Shown here piece after piece: positions 41,503 to 56,312 of a DNA stretch of 64,000 bases. Within the stretch, counting starts at the first letter, position 1; each line of letters opens with the position of its first letter. Origin of the DNA: Eledone cirrhosa. Its lineage: Eukaryota. Under the pieces are notes generated by a model. That model was not told the DNA's origin, ran no database searches, and saw nothing but the letters and a program-made list of their open reading frames with translations. The DNA lies in assembly GCA_964016885.1 (NCBI GenBank), contig OZ024749.1, positions 56,048,001-56,112,000 on the forward strand, read 5' to 3'. Made by a program: the position numbers and the translations under genes.

Positions 41503-42818
41503 ATATATGATGTTAAAAATGTATTATTTTGACCAGCTACCTACTTGGTAGCAATGTTGTAAAGTAAAACCATACCCCCCCCCCCCCCCCCAAAGACACA
41601 CACCTCAAAAAACCCTCCTTTGTTTCGTTCATGGTTTTGTTAAGTTGATGTACAAAGAGAGATGAGTGTCAACTTTCATTTTAATATAATAATATTGTTG
41701 CAAACATGAGAGAAATAGTTGCTGAGGTTTTCTCTCTGCTGGAGATGTTGCTTGAAATGTTAAAACCAGGATTTTAGATGATACGATTTCTCTACTTGAC
41801 TGTGAAATATAATCTATCTACATCCAAAGTTTCTAGTAGCACTCACCAGTTTCCGAGTAACTTTAAGCTGAGTAAACAATATGTTCTGATTTAATCTATA
41901 ACTAACACGTGTACTGTACAGTAATAATGTGTGAGCAGTCGTTTGGTCGTTTTTTGGATTTTTTTTCTTTTTGCTTTCCAGAATCTAAAACGTCCTTCAT
42001 AATTACTTTTTCAGTCTTTTTTCCATGAAGAGTTCGAAACTAATGTGGAGTTACTTCAGTTGACTACTAAGCTGTCTCTATTGACACTGGCTTATGTATT
42101 CACGTTGACGATAGGATTTAAGTAATGAGTTACGGACTGGTCAGTCTGACCTTGTGTCCGACATAAACATTATGACTGTAGAAAGTGAAGTCATACAATC
42201 TGGGAACGGATCTCAGAATTTCGGCTCAACGGGATATCATTAATTCGTGAGAGGACTTTTACGTAGTCACGTAACATGTTAGAAATAACAGCCAAATCTC
42301 ACACAAATGAAGACCTTAAATTTTTGAAAAAAAAGAAAGGCCTTGTTGGCTAATATACACATCCTATTTCTTGTTATATGCACACACACATATATATATA
42401 TAATTAAAACTACAAGCCCACATACATATAATTGAAAATATACATACAGACATATATATATAATTGTAAATACACCCTCCCACACACACATATATGTAAC
42501 TGACTTATACACACACATACACACACACACACATATATATATACATAATTGAAAAAGGGGGATACATTCCCTAGAAATATAGAAATCACAGGTTAAAGGT
42601 AAAAAGTAAAGTGATAAAACACAGATTGCTTTTTTTCTTTAATCCAACAGAAGGAATATTTTTGTAATTGTTACATTAATTGGTTTGAAATTGATTGAAA
42701 TTTTGTTAAAATTTAAATCCATTTCTACTGTAATAATTATAAAAATATTCGAATACAACAAAGCATTCTCTCCGACTTTCAAACGACTCTGACAATTCAC
42801 CAACTATGTTTAATATAG

Positions 42819-42937
42819 CTGAGTTCAAATCCCACCGAGGTTAACTTTGCCTTTCATCCTTACGGAGTCGATAAAATAAAGTACCAGTAATGCACTGGGA
42901 TAATTGCTGACCTTGTGCCTAAAGTAGAAACAATTAT
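42819..42937 (+). mobile_element. tRNA-derived SINE, short form, 5'-truncated at the B box
   Basis: CTGAGTTCAAATCCCACCGAGGTTAACTTTGCC...AGTAGAAACAATTAT. Confidence 0.9.
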
Positions 42938-43217
42938 ATTATATTGTACAGGATTTACTATATTGGGGGCATGTATTTTTTGCTATTTATCTGCACTGTT
43001 TAGTTTGTTAATATAGGTATGATATGTTGTTACCTGGTTAGTTTTAGATAATTGTGTTGAAGGTGATATTTGTAGTTGAGTAGTTGTATTTGGTGTGGTG
43101 CGTCTCAAGTCTTGGTTGGTGTAGCTATGTTGTATGTTTATCTTTATTTCGATGTTGGCTGGGTTTATGAGAAAAGAAACTTCATTATATATCTGTGTAT
43201 ATATAATGGCGGTCAAG

Positions 43218-43270
43218 GGCGGTGCCCCAGCATGGCCTCAGCCGGATGGCTGGAACAGGTCAAAGAGTAA
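43218..43270 (+). mobile_element. 3' tail of another Octopus-type SINE; second copy at 14351-14398
   Basis: GGCGGTGCCCCAGCATGGCCTCAGCCGGATGGCTGGAACAGGT; 14351 has TGGCCTCAGCCGGATGACTGGAACGGGTAAAAGAAT. Confidence 0.65.
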
Positions 43271-43806
43271 TATATCTGTGTATATACCTGGTATGTGTGT
43301 TTGTATGTGTATATCCATGTTGCATGTGTGTATATATTTATATGGTATGTGTGTTGATGTATATATCTATGTGGTATGTGTGTTGATGTATATAGCTATA
43401 AGGTATGTTTTTTTTTATATATATACTTATATATATTTATATCTACGTGGGATGTGTGTTTATATATATATATGGTATGTGTGTTTATGTATATGTTGTA
43501 TGTATGTTTATACATATACATACTTCTATATATCTACGTGGGGTGTATGTTTATATATATATGGTATGAGTGTTTTATGTATATGTTGTATGTATGTTTA
43601 TATATATCTATAAGGTATGTGGTTTTATGTATTTGTATAATCTGTGTGGGATGTATGTTTATATATATACATACTTCTATATTTCTACGTGGGATGTATG
43701 TTTATATATATATATACTTCTATATATCTACGTGGGATGTATGTTTATATATATGTTACAAGTGTTTATGTATATCTATTATCTGTGTGGTATGTTTGTT
43801 TGTGTA

Positions 43807-43888
<82 letters not shown>

Positions 43889-44199
43889 TGTCTACGTGGG
43901 ATGTGTGTTTGTACATCTATCTGTGATGTATGTGTGTGTGCACGTATATATCTATATATGTGTGTGTGTGTGTGTGTGTGTCTCCAAACTAATAATTAAC
44001 ATACTTGCAACAACAATTACAAATAAAAGAGAAAAGAAGTAAAGAAAGAGAAGGTTAAAACCGTGTTAATTAGTAAGAGACGTTGGTTACCGTCCACTAC
44101 AGGTGTAGAAGGTATAGTGCAGGTCTCTATAGCACTAGTGAGGTACTATTGACTGGCACACACATAGAGGGACACACATAACACTGGCACACACACAAG

Positions 44200-45065
44200 T
44201 ACAGGCACTAACACACACTCGCAGGCACTGACACACACACATCCACGCACACACAGACCACACAAACAGGCACACCACCCACACACACCCACACACATAC
44301 ACACAGACCACACAAACACACATACACACCACACACATACACACACACACCCACAGACAGACCACACACATACACACCACACACATACACACACACCCAC
44401 AGACAGACCACACACATACACACACACACAGATAGACCACACAAACATAGGCACACCACATACATACACACACACCCACAGACAGACCACACACATACAC
44501 ACACACACACATACAGACCACACAAACATAGGCACACCACACACATACACACACACACACACCCACACACCCACATACAGACCACACACATACACACACA
44601 CATACAGACCACACAAACATAGGCACACCACACACATACACACACACACCCACATACAGACCACACACATACACACACACACCCACACACAGACCACACA
44701 CATACACACACACATACAGACCACACAAACATAGGCACACCACACACATACACACACACACCCACATACAGACCACACACATACACACACACACATACAG
44801 ACCACACAAACATAGGCACACCACACACATACACACACACACCCACATACAGACCACACACATACACACACACACATACAGACCACACAAACATAGGCAC
44901 ACCACCCACATACACACACGCACCATACACACACATAAGGACACACACACCACAGACACATATACATACACACACAAGTACAGACACAAACACACACTCG
45001 CAGGCACTGACACACACACACCACACACACAAACTATAGACACACCATGCACACGCACACCACAG
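44200..45065. repeat. CA-rich higher-order repeat (CAGACCACACAAACATAGGCACACC units)
   Basis: Direct reading; bounded by the direct repeat ACTCGCAGGCACTGAC near 44217 and 44996. Confidence 0.9.
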
Positions 45066-45546
45066 ACCCCTACACCCCCCCCCCCCCCCCTCTACCCCCT
45101 ACCAACTACTTCCTCTGACCTTTGACACAACTTCTGCTGGGCTCAAGACCCCTTAATTTTCTCTTTCTTTTTGTTTGTTTCTTTGTTTCTCTTGACTGAT
45201 TGTTTTGTTTGTATTATAACCCCCCCCCCTTCAATCATGATTTCCCCTTCTCTTCTTCTATCTTTCTTTCTCTCTCTTTATCTCTCTCCCTTTCTTATTT
45301 TCCTCTCTCTCCCTTTCTTTTTATCTTCCTCTCTCTCTCCCTTTATTTGTATCTTCCTCTCTCTCTCCCTTTCTTTTTATCTTCCTCTCTCTCCCTTTCT
45401 TTCCCTTTCTCTCCCTTTATCTTTCTCTCTCTCCCTCCCTTTCTCTTCCATTCTCTCTCTTTATTTCCTCTTCCTTAGTTTTCTTCTATTAAGTACTTTG
45501 ACTTCTTTTTAAAAACAGCAACAACAAAAACAACAATAGCAATACA

Positions 45547-45640
45547 ATAATTGTTTCTGATTTCGTCACAAGACCAACAATTTTGGGGAAGGGTAAAGTC
45601 GACTAAATCGACCTCAGTGCGTTACTGGTACTTTATTGTT
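45547..45640 (-). mobile_element. SINE 3' fragment, long form
   Basis: CACAAGACCAACAATTTTGGGG..GTCGACTAAATCGAC..CTGGTACTTTATT. Confidence 0.75.
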
Positions 45641-45915
45641 ACTGACTGATAATAGCACTACCGTTACACAGTCCTCGACAAAACATAAAGCTATCTTCAT
45701 ACCCTGATGTCAACATCCTTACATTCTGTGTCCATCTTCCAGACACTTCTGTACAACTAATCTGACCCTGTAGAAACATAGAAATAAGTCTTGTCTTACT
45801 TATCAAGAGAAACACCAGAACGAGACACAGTAAAGAAAGTAAAATTATGGCAAACTTTACTTATATACATCTTAGCTATCTATCTATATATCTATCTATA
45901 TCTACTGCCACACGT

Positions 45916-45956
<41 letters not shown>

Positions 45957-46483
45957 GAAAAGAAAATAAACCTTAAGATATTCTAGATACACAATATAAG
46001 TTAAACCAACAGAAAAACATAAGATGTCATTTGGTGGTTAATTATTAAGTGGGAGACACACCACGTGATATCAAACAACGTCACATGTCATAAAATTGCT
46101 GAGAATAAAACTGACTGGTGGTGGTGGTGATGGTTGTAGTGGTGGTGGTAGTAGTGGTAGTAGTGGTGGTGGTAGTGGTGATAGCAGTGGTGGTGGTTGT
46201 AGTAGTGGTGGTGGTGGCAGTGGTAGTGGTAGTAGTAGTGTTGGTGTGGTGATTGTAATGAGGATGGTGGTGATAGTAGTGGTAGTAATTGTAGTGGTAG
46301 TAATAGTAGTAGTAGTAGTAGTGGTTGTAGTAGTAATTGTAGTAGTGGTTGTGGTAGTAGTGGTAGTATTAGTGGTAGTAGTACTGAAGGTAGTGGTGGT
46401 GTTATATCGTGAGATGGCTTCTTGAATGGTTCTTGGAAAATCAGTGATGCAGTGAACTTAGAAAACTACACCAGAAACAAGAT

Positions 46484-46519
<36 letters not shown>

Positions 46520-46530
46520 TACACACACAC

Positions 46531-46597
<67 letters not shown>

Positions 46598-46598
46598 T

Positions 46599-46637
<39 letters not shown>

Positions 46638-46648
46638 GATACACACAT

Positions 46649-46701
<53 letters not shown>

Positions 46702-46715
46702 CACACACACGCACA

Positions 46716-46812
<97 letters not shown>

Positions 46813-47041
46813 ATAGACACACCTACACAATAATAAAACGAAGAAACATAAAACAAAGATGAAGAAAATTACGATAGTTAACATCAATAATATATATATA
46901 TAAATATATATATATGTATATATATATATATACATATATATATATAATATATATATATAAAGTGTAATCATAAAATTTACGTAGCGTGAAATTCGTTTCA
47001 AAAGTTAATAAACAACCAAAGCCAAGAAAAAAAGATTACGC

Positions 47042-47192
<151 letters not shown>

Positions 47193-47519
47193 CACACACA
47201 TACAGAATCTTTCTCTCAAACGCACACACGCTCTCTCTCACAGACATACACACGTACTCACACACACAATTAATGCGTGAATAAGGGAATAAATAAATAG
47301 AGAGTAAAAAGTTTAAATATCTGTTGTAATTATAGACATTCAATCAATTGAGATCGATCTCTACTTTCTTATACTTCTGACATAGTGTTGATGGAGAACT
47401 TACGTTTTTGCATTTAATACCGGAACAAAGAAGTCAATAAATGACATTTGAATTTTTACCAAATGAATCTCGCCTTCATCTATCTGTCTGTCTGTCTGTC
47501 TGGATGGAGAGAGAGGTGC

Positions 47520-47835
47520 TGTACCCCAGCAAATTTTATAAAAGGTGGGTGAATGTGGCAAAGATGGCCCGAGTGGTTGGGCCTTCTCTCTATATAAGTC
47601 TGTAGGTTGAGGAAAGAGAGGAAGGGAGTACTCACTCTTGGTGCTCCTGAAGATGAGGGTTGTACATTTTTTCGGGGTGTGTACAACCCCTGTGTAACAC
47701 CTCCCCCCTATTGGGGATTTCAATTGTTATTTGTTATTGTATTAATAGTTTTATTTTCATATACCTGTATGTAAACTCCCCATTTGTATTTGTCCCCTTC
47801 TTTTGTGTCCTTGTGGCTAATAAAGAAATATATAT
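47520..47835 (+). mobile_element. Solo pLTR/LTR-like segment, probably Penelope-like
   Basis: TATATAAG (47591-47598), CTGAAGA (47647-47653) followed by a 10-bp stem GGGTTGTACA/TGTACAACCC, a T-rich tract, then AATAAA (47819-47824). Confidence 0.45.
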
Positions 47836-49534
47836 TAAATGCAGTTTCGCCCTATCATATATCTAGTAATACAAATCCTAGTTAATGTAGAAAATACAGG
47901 TGCCATTGCAACAGGTTAAAGTCCTGCTGGTTGTGTGAAGTTTCTCTGAAAATATGTAATCTGTAGATTGAAGAAATTGGTAGAAAGAAAGGAAGAATGA
48001 AAGACTTTCGATGAAGTACTCAGCATCAAACCAAAGTTAGAAACGTCTTCGATTATATTTACAACTAGATCTGTATTCATGTCTCACTGTTTACTATTTG
48101 TTATGGTATGAAGACTGTTGGGGGAACTGCTAAAATTGTTTAGTCCTAGAATACCTCTGGGCTAATAGAGCCCTATTATTGAAGGTCTCTCAGATATTAC
48201 TAAGGACCTGTTCTTTTGGAAGAACTTTAGGAAGTGATTTGAGGGTGATTTGTCTAGTATTTCTTCAATTTCTTCAAGGTCAAGTGATCGCATAAATGAT
48301 CTCTTGTTGACACTTGGGATCGAATTAAGGATATTTGGTGGACAGCTCTCTATCCTGTTTTAAAGTCATCATGTACAAGTGTTAGCCCCTAATTGGTTAA
48401 ATTACCTCGTTACGAGATATTATATGATGTTGATGACGACGACTGCGATAAAGAAGGAAGAGAGAAGAAAGCATCAATAGAAGAAGGAAAAGAAGAGAAG
48501 GTGTTTGTAGAGTATGTTTAAACATATTACAGAATTCAGGAAGAAATGATAAACACACAATGTATATTGTGACACCTGATGGATGGCAACCATTTTTATA
48601 AATCATTTTCGTCTGTCAGTGTTCATGGAATTAACTAATCTATGGTGGGGACGGGTAGAGAAAGGGTGTGTGTGTGAACTAGTCTATGGTGAGTGTGTGT
48701 GTGGAAGGGGGAAGAGAGTGTATGAGTGTGTGTGTGTGAACTAATCTATAGTGTGTGTGTAGGGGAGAGAAACAGAGAGAGAGTGTGTGTGTGTAACTAA
48801 TCTATGGTGTGTGTGGGAAGAGAGAGAGAGTGTGTGTGTGTGTAACTAATCTATGGTGTGTGTGGGAAGAGAGAGAGAGAGAGTGTGTGTGTAACTAATC
48901 TATGGTGTGTGTGGGAAGAGAAAGAGAGATGCAACTTATCTTACTAATGTCAAACGGTTATCTGAAAATATCGGACAGTTTTTCCTCGGCCTCCGTCGAG
49001 CAGATTAGTTTTAAAATTTCTGATAATGTTTCGTCAATCATTGCGATTATTTCGAGTTTAACAGAATCTTATCACAGTTCTTCATCGTAATTTGAAATCC
49101 CGTCAAATTTTTTATATTAAACTTTCTGATACTGTTGCTGTTGTTGTTGTTATAATGTAACCCTTGTCAGTTTAATGACAATCTTGGTCTGAGTCATATC
49201 ATAAATTACACATGTCCAGCAGAGTTGTTGCTGTTCAAATGCAGGTCATTTCTGGTCAAAACTTCTGGTCAAAATAATTACTATTCCGTCCTTTTGCTAT
49301 CTGATCTTTTTTTTCTTCTTTAAGTCGGAACGATGTAATTTGAAGGGGATTCGGCTGCTATTTCTAACAGGTCAGATGACCAGTCTGTCATTTACGCAGG
49401 CACACACTTTTTATGTCCACATTAACCTGCATGGTAAATGTATGATAGTATGATGTAATTTGATGGAGATTCGACTGTTATATCTAGCAGGTCGTATGGT
49501 CAGCTTGACCCATACATACACACATACATATATA

Positions 49535-49733
49535 TACGATGGTCAGCTGAAAAGTTAATAAGCTGACCAAGATACTCTCATGGAATGACCAAATGTGGTT
49601 TACTTTCCAACATATTCCCTGGAATGAAACAATGCAATTATTAATAAGAAGAATTGAAATTAATTCAAGATTTCACAGTTCTATCATCACCTCTTCATAG
49701 TCAGCCTAGGAATTTTTTCAGCCCACCCTCGTA
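49535..49733. mobile_element. mariner-derived non-autonomous element; right end partly duplicated at 49736-49812
   Basis: Left TACGATGGTCAGCTGAAAAGTTAATAAGCTGAC; right end reverse complement TACGAGGGTGGGCTGAAAAAATTCCTAGGCTGAC; TA termini. Confidence 0.75.
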
Positions 49734-50450
49734 AGTAGAATTGAAATTAATGCATGTAAGATTTCACAGCTCTAGCATCACTTCTTCATAGTCAGCCTAT
49801 GAAATGTTCAACTCTATTATGACTTTTCCTTCTCCTACATTTTTAAAGTATTGTGTACCCCAGACTACTTTATACAAAATAGGAGGGTATAAACTGAGGG
49901 ATAATTGGCTGTTATATCTCACTACTCAAACGTCGAAGTCTTCCTCTCAAACAAAAACATAATTTTCTAGCAATAGGCTGGAAAGTTTAGAAATGATTTC
50001 GAGAAAAAACATAAAACGAAGAAAATATAAATGAAATATATATATAAACTCAATAGTTTGAGCATTGAATAAACTGCCCCATGTCGTTTCAGTAATCGAT
50101 TTGTTGTCAGGGTATCAATAAATCCAAATAAATTGGTTTTACCAAATATAACATGTGTTTATCAACTCTGAGTTATGATAATAATTATTCTGTTAACGTT
50201 CTTACAATATATATCTTAACAGGCACTAAAATATGACACTCACACACACACTCACACACACACATACTCATACACTCACCACACACACACTCATACACTC
50301 ACCACACACACACTCATACACTCACACACACACTCACACACACACACTCACACACACACACACACACTCATACACTCATACACTCACACACACACTCTCA
50401 TACACTCACACACACTCTCACACACACACACACACACACTCACACACACT

Positions 50451-50499
<49 letters not shown>

Positions 50500-51960
50500 A
50501 TGGTAGTATGTTAGGTGACACGGAAGACCATAAAACAAGATTATGGTCTTACAGTTCCTTTGTGGAAAAGTCTTCCTATGTATTTTGAAATGTCATTGTA
50601 GCAAGAAGCAAAGATGTTTTCATGTAGGAAGAGTGAAGAGTGAGGTACATAGATATAGGTAGATAAGGAAGGAGGGGAGGAAGGAAGGAAGATAGATGAG
50701 TCACATACGTAATACTACTTAAGAAAAGATACAATAATGTTGCCAACAGACAGGTAAACGGTTTCACGCCATCTCACTTTGAAGCGATTCTTTTACGTTT
50801 GTTGCTGCTGGTGATGTTGGTGGTGTTGTTGGTGGTGTTGTTGGTGTTGCTGTTGTTGTTGTTGTTGCTGCTTGGTGGTGCTGTTGTTGTCGTTGTTGTT
50901 GCTGTTGTTGTTGGTGGTGCTGTTGTTCTTGTTGTTGCTGTTGTTGTTACTGCTGTTGTTGCTGTTGTTGTTACTGCTGGTGTTGGCGGTGTTGCTACTG
51001 TTGTTCATGTTGTTGCTGTTGTAGTTCTTGTTGTTTGTTTGTTTGTTTATGCCCATCACTGTCGTCATCTTTGTAGTAATGGCCGCCCTCGTCGTCATCA
51101 TCATCAACATCATCATCGCCGCCCTCGTCGTCAGCATCATCGTTTTTCGTTGTCGTTGTTGTTGTTGTTGTCGTTGTTGCCGTTGTCGTCGTTGTTGTTG
51201 TCGTCGTTGTTGTTGTTGTTGTTGTCGTTGTCGTTGTTGTTGTTGTTGTCGTTGTTGTTGTTGTTGTGCTGGTTGAAAGTCACCGCCTCGCTGTTATTGA
51301 TTCGTTTACCGAAAAACATCTTTTAGTGAGTCAACAGAGATTAGAATCGGAACCTTCAAAAGAAGGAATACTTGCATAACAGCAACAATATAGCTTAAGA
51401 AAAACTACAACAACAACAATAATAACTATAGTAGTAGTGGGTAAGAAAACGAGCAGATGGGTTGATAAACTGCAGGTTTCGGGTTGCAGATTAGGTTTCA
51501 TGCTGCATATTTGCTGTTGCTTATCTCAACAATACCCCGGGTGTATTTGACTCTTGGTACAACATTAACTAGACACATTCTATTATAACGTTCGTTTCGT
51601 TTCGTTACAGATTTTTCTACAACAGTTTCAATATGTAAAATATAACAACAAAAGTACACGCGTGCAAGTACACACGTAGGCTTGCACACTGTTGTGCACA
51701 TACTCGTGTAAATAGATGCGTATATATATATATATATATATAGTGCTCACCCGGGTGAACCTACAGTAACTCCAAGTTACACTCCCTGGATATATATATA
51801 AGAGAGAGAGAGAGAGAGAGAGAGATACATATATGTGAATATATATATAGATGTATCTATTATGCTTAAATGTATACGTAAATATATATATATACATATA
51901 TATATATATGTGTGTGTGTGTAGGATATCTCGATCACCTGCGGCGGTGTGAATATTTGGT

Positions 51961-52147
51961 CGGGTGAGTACCGTCCGGGTGAGTACCCTCCGAGTGAGTA
52001 CCGTCCGGGTGAGTACCCTACGAGTGAGTACCGTCCGGGTGAGTACCGTCCGGGTGAGTACCGTCCGAGTGAGTACCGTCCGGGTGAGTACCCTCCGAGT
52101 GAGTACCGTCCGGGTGAGTACCGTCCGGGTGAGTACCGTCCGGGTGA
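51961..52147. repeat. 15-bp GC-rich repeat CGRGTGAGTACCSTC, 12 copies plus a partial
   Basis: Units at 51961, 51976, ... 52126. Confidence 0.97.
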
Positions 52148-52291
52148 AAGCCACCTTGTTTGTCAGTTAACTTCCACTCAATATTATTCCTATATCTCTC
52201 AGCATAGAATTTATAGGAGAGTCATAACAAGGAAATCCCTTTACAATTGGAGCGTGGGACAAAATATTTTTCAGTATTTCTTCCAGTTTTT

Positions 52292-52355
52292 TACGTTTGA
52301 GTTCAAATCCCACCAAAGTCAACTTTTCTTTTCATCCTTCTTTTTGATAAAATAA
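52292..52355 (+). mobile_element. SINE internal fragment
   Basis: TGAGTTCAAATCCCACCAAAGTCAACTTT..TCATCCTT..GATAAAATAAA. Confidence 0.7.
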
Positions 52356-52629
52356 ATTAATCCGAAACGTAAAGACTCTTGTCCTATATCAAGCGTTAAA
52401 CTAATATATTTCTTCATTGTACTGTATTGTTGGCTTTGTTGTTTCCGTTTACTAAACACACAATGTGTTTTCATGCAAATATAAAGAGAGGTATTGTGTG
52501 TGTCTGACAGATAAGTAGTCTCACGTACGACATAAGATAAAGAAATAATAGACTGTGAGTATGTGTTATCGGTCTACCATCTTAATATCTCTCCTACACG
52601 TCTCACTGCAATGTTTATACCTGCATAAA

Positions 52630-53610
52630 CACACACATATTTCATCACAGTCACACACATTTCACCACAAACACACACATTTCAGCATAAAAACAACACA
52701 CACATTTCATCACAAAAACACACACATTTCATCACAAAAACACACACATTTCATCACAAAAACACACATTTCAGCATAAAAACAACACACACATTTCATC
52801 ACAAAAACACACACATTTCATCACAAAAACACACATTTCATCATAAAAACAACACACACATGTCGTCACAAACACACACACATTTTATCATAAAAACAAC
52901 ACACACACATTTTATCATAAAAACAACACACACACATTTTATCATAAAAACAACACATCATCACAAAAACACACGCAATTCATCAGAAAAACACACATTT
53001 CATCAGAAAAACACACACTTTTCATCAGAAAAACACACTTTTCATCAGAAAAACACACATTTCATCAGAAAAATACACACACTTTTCATCAGAAAAACAC
53101 ACACATTTCATCACAAAACACACACAATTTATCAGAAAACACACGCATTTCATCAGAAAAACACACATTTCATCACAAAAACACACTTTTCATCAGAAAA
53201 ACACAAACATTTCATCACAAAAACACACACAATTTATCAGAAAACACACGCATTTCATCACAAAAATATACACACTTTTCATTACAAAAACATACACATC
53301 AGAAAAACACACATTTTATCAGAAAAACACACACATTTCATCACAAAAATATACACACTTTTCATTACAAAAACATACACATCAGAAAAACACATTTTAT
53401 CAGAAAAACACACACATTTCATCGCAAAAACACACACTTTTCATCGCAAAAACACACATTTCATCACAAAAACACACAATTTATTTGAAAACACACGCAT
53501 TTCATCACAAAAACATACACACTTTTCATCACAAAAACACACGTATTTCATCACAAAAACATACATACTTTTCATCGCAAACACACTCACTTTTCATCAC
53601 AAAATCACAT
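52630..53610. repeat. Degenerate ~20-22 bp satellite CATTTCATCASAAAAACACA
   Basis: Direct reading; explains the 302-aa H/T/K-rich pseudo-ORF. Confidence 0.9.
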
Positions 53611-53894
53611 ACTATCACATAAAAAACATACATACAATCACAGAAACAAGCAGACACACACACAAACACACACATTTTATCACCGTTTTTTCTCATGGAC
53701 AGAGAAGAAATAAAACATTCCATCGGCAAGTTTTAGTAACGCTGAATAAGAACAGGAAGATAACTTAAAGAAATTAGAACAGATTTATTGGTTTAGTATC
53801 AACTGGAAGTGATGGGCCTATCTGGCTGCATTCTCTGAACGTCTTGGGGGGATGAGTCAGTCTTAAAACCACCACCACCACCATATACCACAGA

Positions 53895-54370
53895 GGGACG
53901 TAACTTTATGCTGCAAAGCATATTATCTGACGCTCTACCGATTCAGTCAATTTATAGGTAAAATAATTGTTTGTACTTTTGGCACAAGGCCAGCAATTAT
54001 CCCAGTGTATTACTGGTACTTTATTTTTTCAACCCCGTAAGGATAAAAGGCAAAGTTAACCTCGGCGGGATTTGAACTCAGACCATAAAGGGCCGTAACT
54101 CATTGTTGCAAAGCATAGCGTCCGACCCTCTACCGACACTGCCAATCCACCGGTAAAATAATGGTTTCTCATTTAGGCCAGCAATTTGAAGGGAAGGAGA
54201 AAGTCAATTAAATCGACCCCAGTACGTTACTGGTACTTTATTTAATCGACTCGGTGAATGAAAGGCAAAACTAACCTCGGTGGGATTTGAACTCAGAACG
54301 TAAAGGGACTTTTCTATATACAGCAAAGCATGTTGTCAGTCGCTCTACCGATTCTGTCAATTCGCTGCCC
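53895..54370 (-). mobile_element. Three tandem SINE units (head 53895-53950; short 53963-54151; long 54158-54370)
   Basis: Head-to-tail family copies. Confidence 0.9.
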
Positions 54371-55139
54371 TTTTTATAGATAAAATAATAAAATATTGAT
54401 TGATTGGCTTCATGCAGACAATGGCCTTATACACTGTTTAATATAAAGCAATACTAAAAGACTAAATCAGGAATAAGAATTGTATTTGAACCAATTGTCA
54501 AAATTCCGTCGTATAGAATGGCGACGGAAGTAAAGCTTGTAATACTCGCTCATGCGTCGCAGCATCATCATCTGTTTTAAGCAAGAAATTGTTCTTCTTT
54601 TCTCGAATTAAACATTCTCGATATTCACATTGGTCTCTAGCGAACAAATAACATTTGAAGCTTCAGCATACGGAAGAATGGAAATGTCATTCTCTCTTGT
54701 AAATATATTCTTCTTAATCCGCTTAAAGCCATGCACACCGGAAATAATCTTATGGATTTTTCTAGCCACCGTATGATTCCTTGAGAAGGCCATCGGAGTT
54801 GTTTCTTTTCAGGTCACTGTCCGAATTGATGTTGTTGGAATAAGGATTGTGGTTAAAACCATTGAACCTTCGGCTGGCTGTTTGTCACATTCTTATTGAC
54901 GTCACCACGGCGTGACCATCGCGATTGTTGTTAAAATGGCAATGACGAAAATTCTAAGGCTGCTTCTTATGTTGTCGATGATGATGATGACCACTACAAC
55001 CATCATAATGATCATGACTATAGTGATGATGATGTAGGTGATGATGATTGTTACCATCATAGCCATCATAACCATCAACACTATTATCACTGTACTACGA
55101 CAACATTCTCATCTTTCCCATTACCATCATCATCATTGT

Positions 55140-55547
55140 AATAATAATAATGGTTTCTGATATAGGCACAAGGCCAGCAATTTTGGGGGAGTGGTAAGTC
55201 GATGAAATCGACCCCAGTGCGTGACTGGTACTTTATTTTATCAACCACCGTAAGGATGAAAGGCAAAGTTAACCTTGGCGGGATTTGAACTCAGAACGTA
55301 AAGGTTCGTAACTCTATGCAGCTCGGCATATTTTTCAATGCTCTATCCATACTGCCAATACACCACCCTCGTAATAATAATAATAGTTCCTTATTTAGGC
55401 ACAAGGCCAACAATCTTTTTTTTGGGGGGGGGGGGGGGGGGGGGTAAAGTCGATTAAATCAGCCCCAGTGCATTACTGATACTTTATTTTATTGTTCCTT
55501 TAAGAATAAAAGGCAAAGCTAACCAAGGCGGGATTTGAACTCAGAAC
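55140..55547 (-). mobile_element. Two tandem long-form SINEs
   Basis: 55140-55368 full length; 55373-55547 lacks the head and has an expanded poly-G. Confidence 0.9.
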
Positions 55548-56255
55548 TCATTATTATGTGTAAGACTGTTGATGTAATTCTAAGGAAATTCCTTGTTATT
55601 TTTAGCAAATTCAACAGCTTTTGGTTGGTTCCTGTAGAATCGCGGCATTCTTTAACTCATTGGTGTAAAAGAAAAATTAAAAAAATCAACAAGATATTTC
55701 TAAACTCTTTGCTTTAAATTAAATGAATTATTTCTCCAAAGATAATATACGCTAGCCTAGAGTGGTCCGAACCTTACATGTCAAAAATCAAACTGTTCTT
55801 AACATATTTTTCCTGTCTTCTTCTGTTCCGTTTTTGCTTTCTCATATTCGTGGTGCAGTTTTGGGCATTTTATGTATTTCATATATCATGTTTGTATTTG
55901 AAAGAATTGAGCTCAGTTAGAAATTTAAAGAAAATCTATGAGAGCCGTGGGGCTTAAAAACTAAAGAATTAATGCAAGGGAAAACAATATTTTCAATAGT
56001 TTTAACGAAATTTTAATCAAACAACAGCACCAAGGCCAACACCAACATTATTAACTTTATATGTTGAAACTCACAAGAATGGATATAGAAGAGAAACACA
56101 TTCCTTCTCTCTTTCACACACACACACACATACATATACACATATATACATATATATACATATATAAACATACACGGACACACATATATACATATATATG
56201 ACACTCATTATTTCTCTTTCACATATATACACACTCGCACAAATACACGCACACA

Positions 56256-56309
<54 letters not shown>

Positions 56310-56312
<3 letters not shown>

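Noticed and set aside
50524-50550. 10-bp hairpin AAGACCATAA/TTATGGTCTT
   Set aside because: Isolated, too short for a pre-miRNA, and no supporting context.
52975-53410. Many CTGATGA(AA) strings on the minus strand as tandem hammerheads
   Set aside because: They are part of a simple satellite unit; no stem II/III geometry or correctly placed NUH site.
49190-53860. Four TGAGTCA AP-1-like sites
   Set aside because: A 7-mer count within chance expectation for the window.
54608-54960. Non-repetitive region with a 61-aa minus ORF and a TTTCAG acceptor-like site
   Set aside because: All frames I tested stop quickly, no domain is recognisable and there is no matching donor; a UTR or non-coding exon cannot be excluded.
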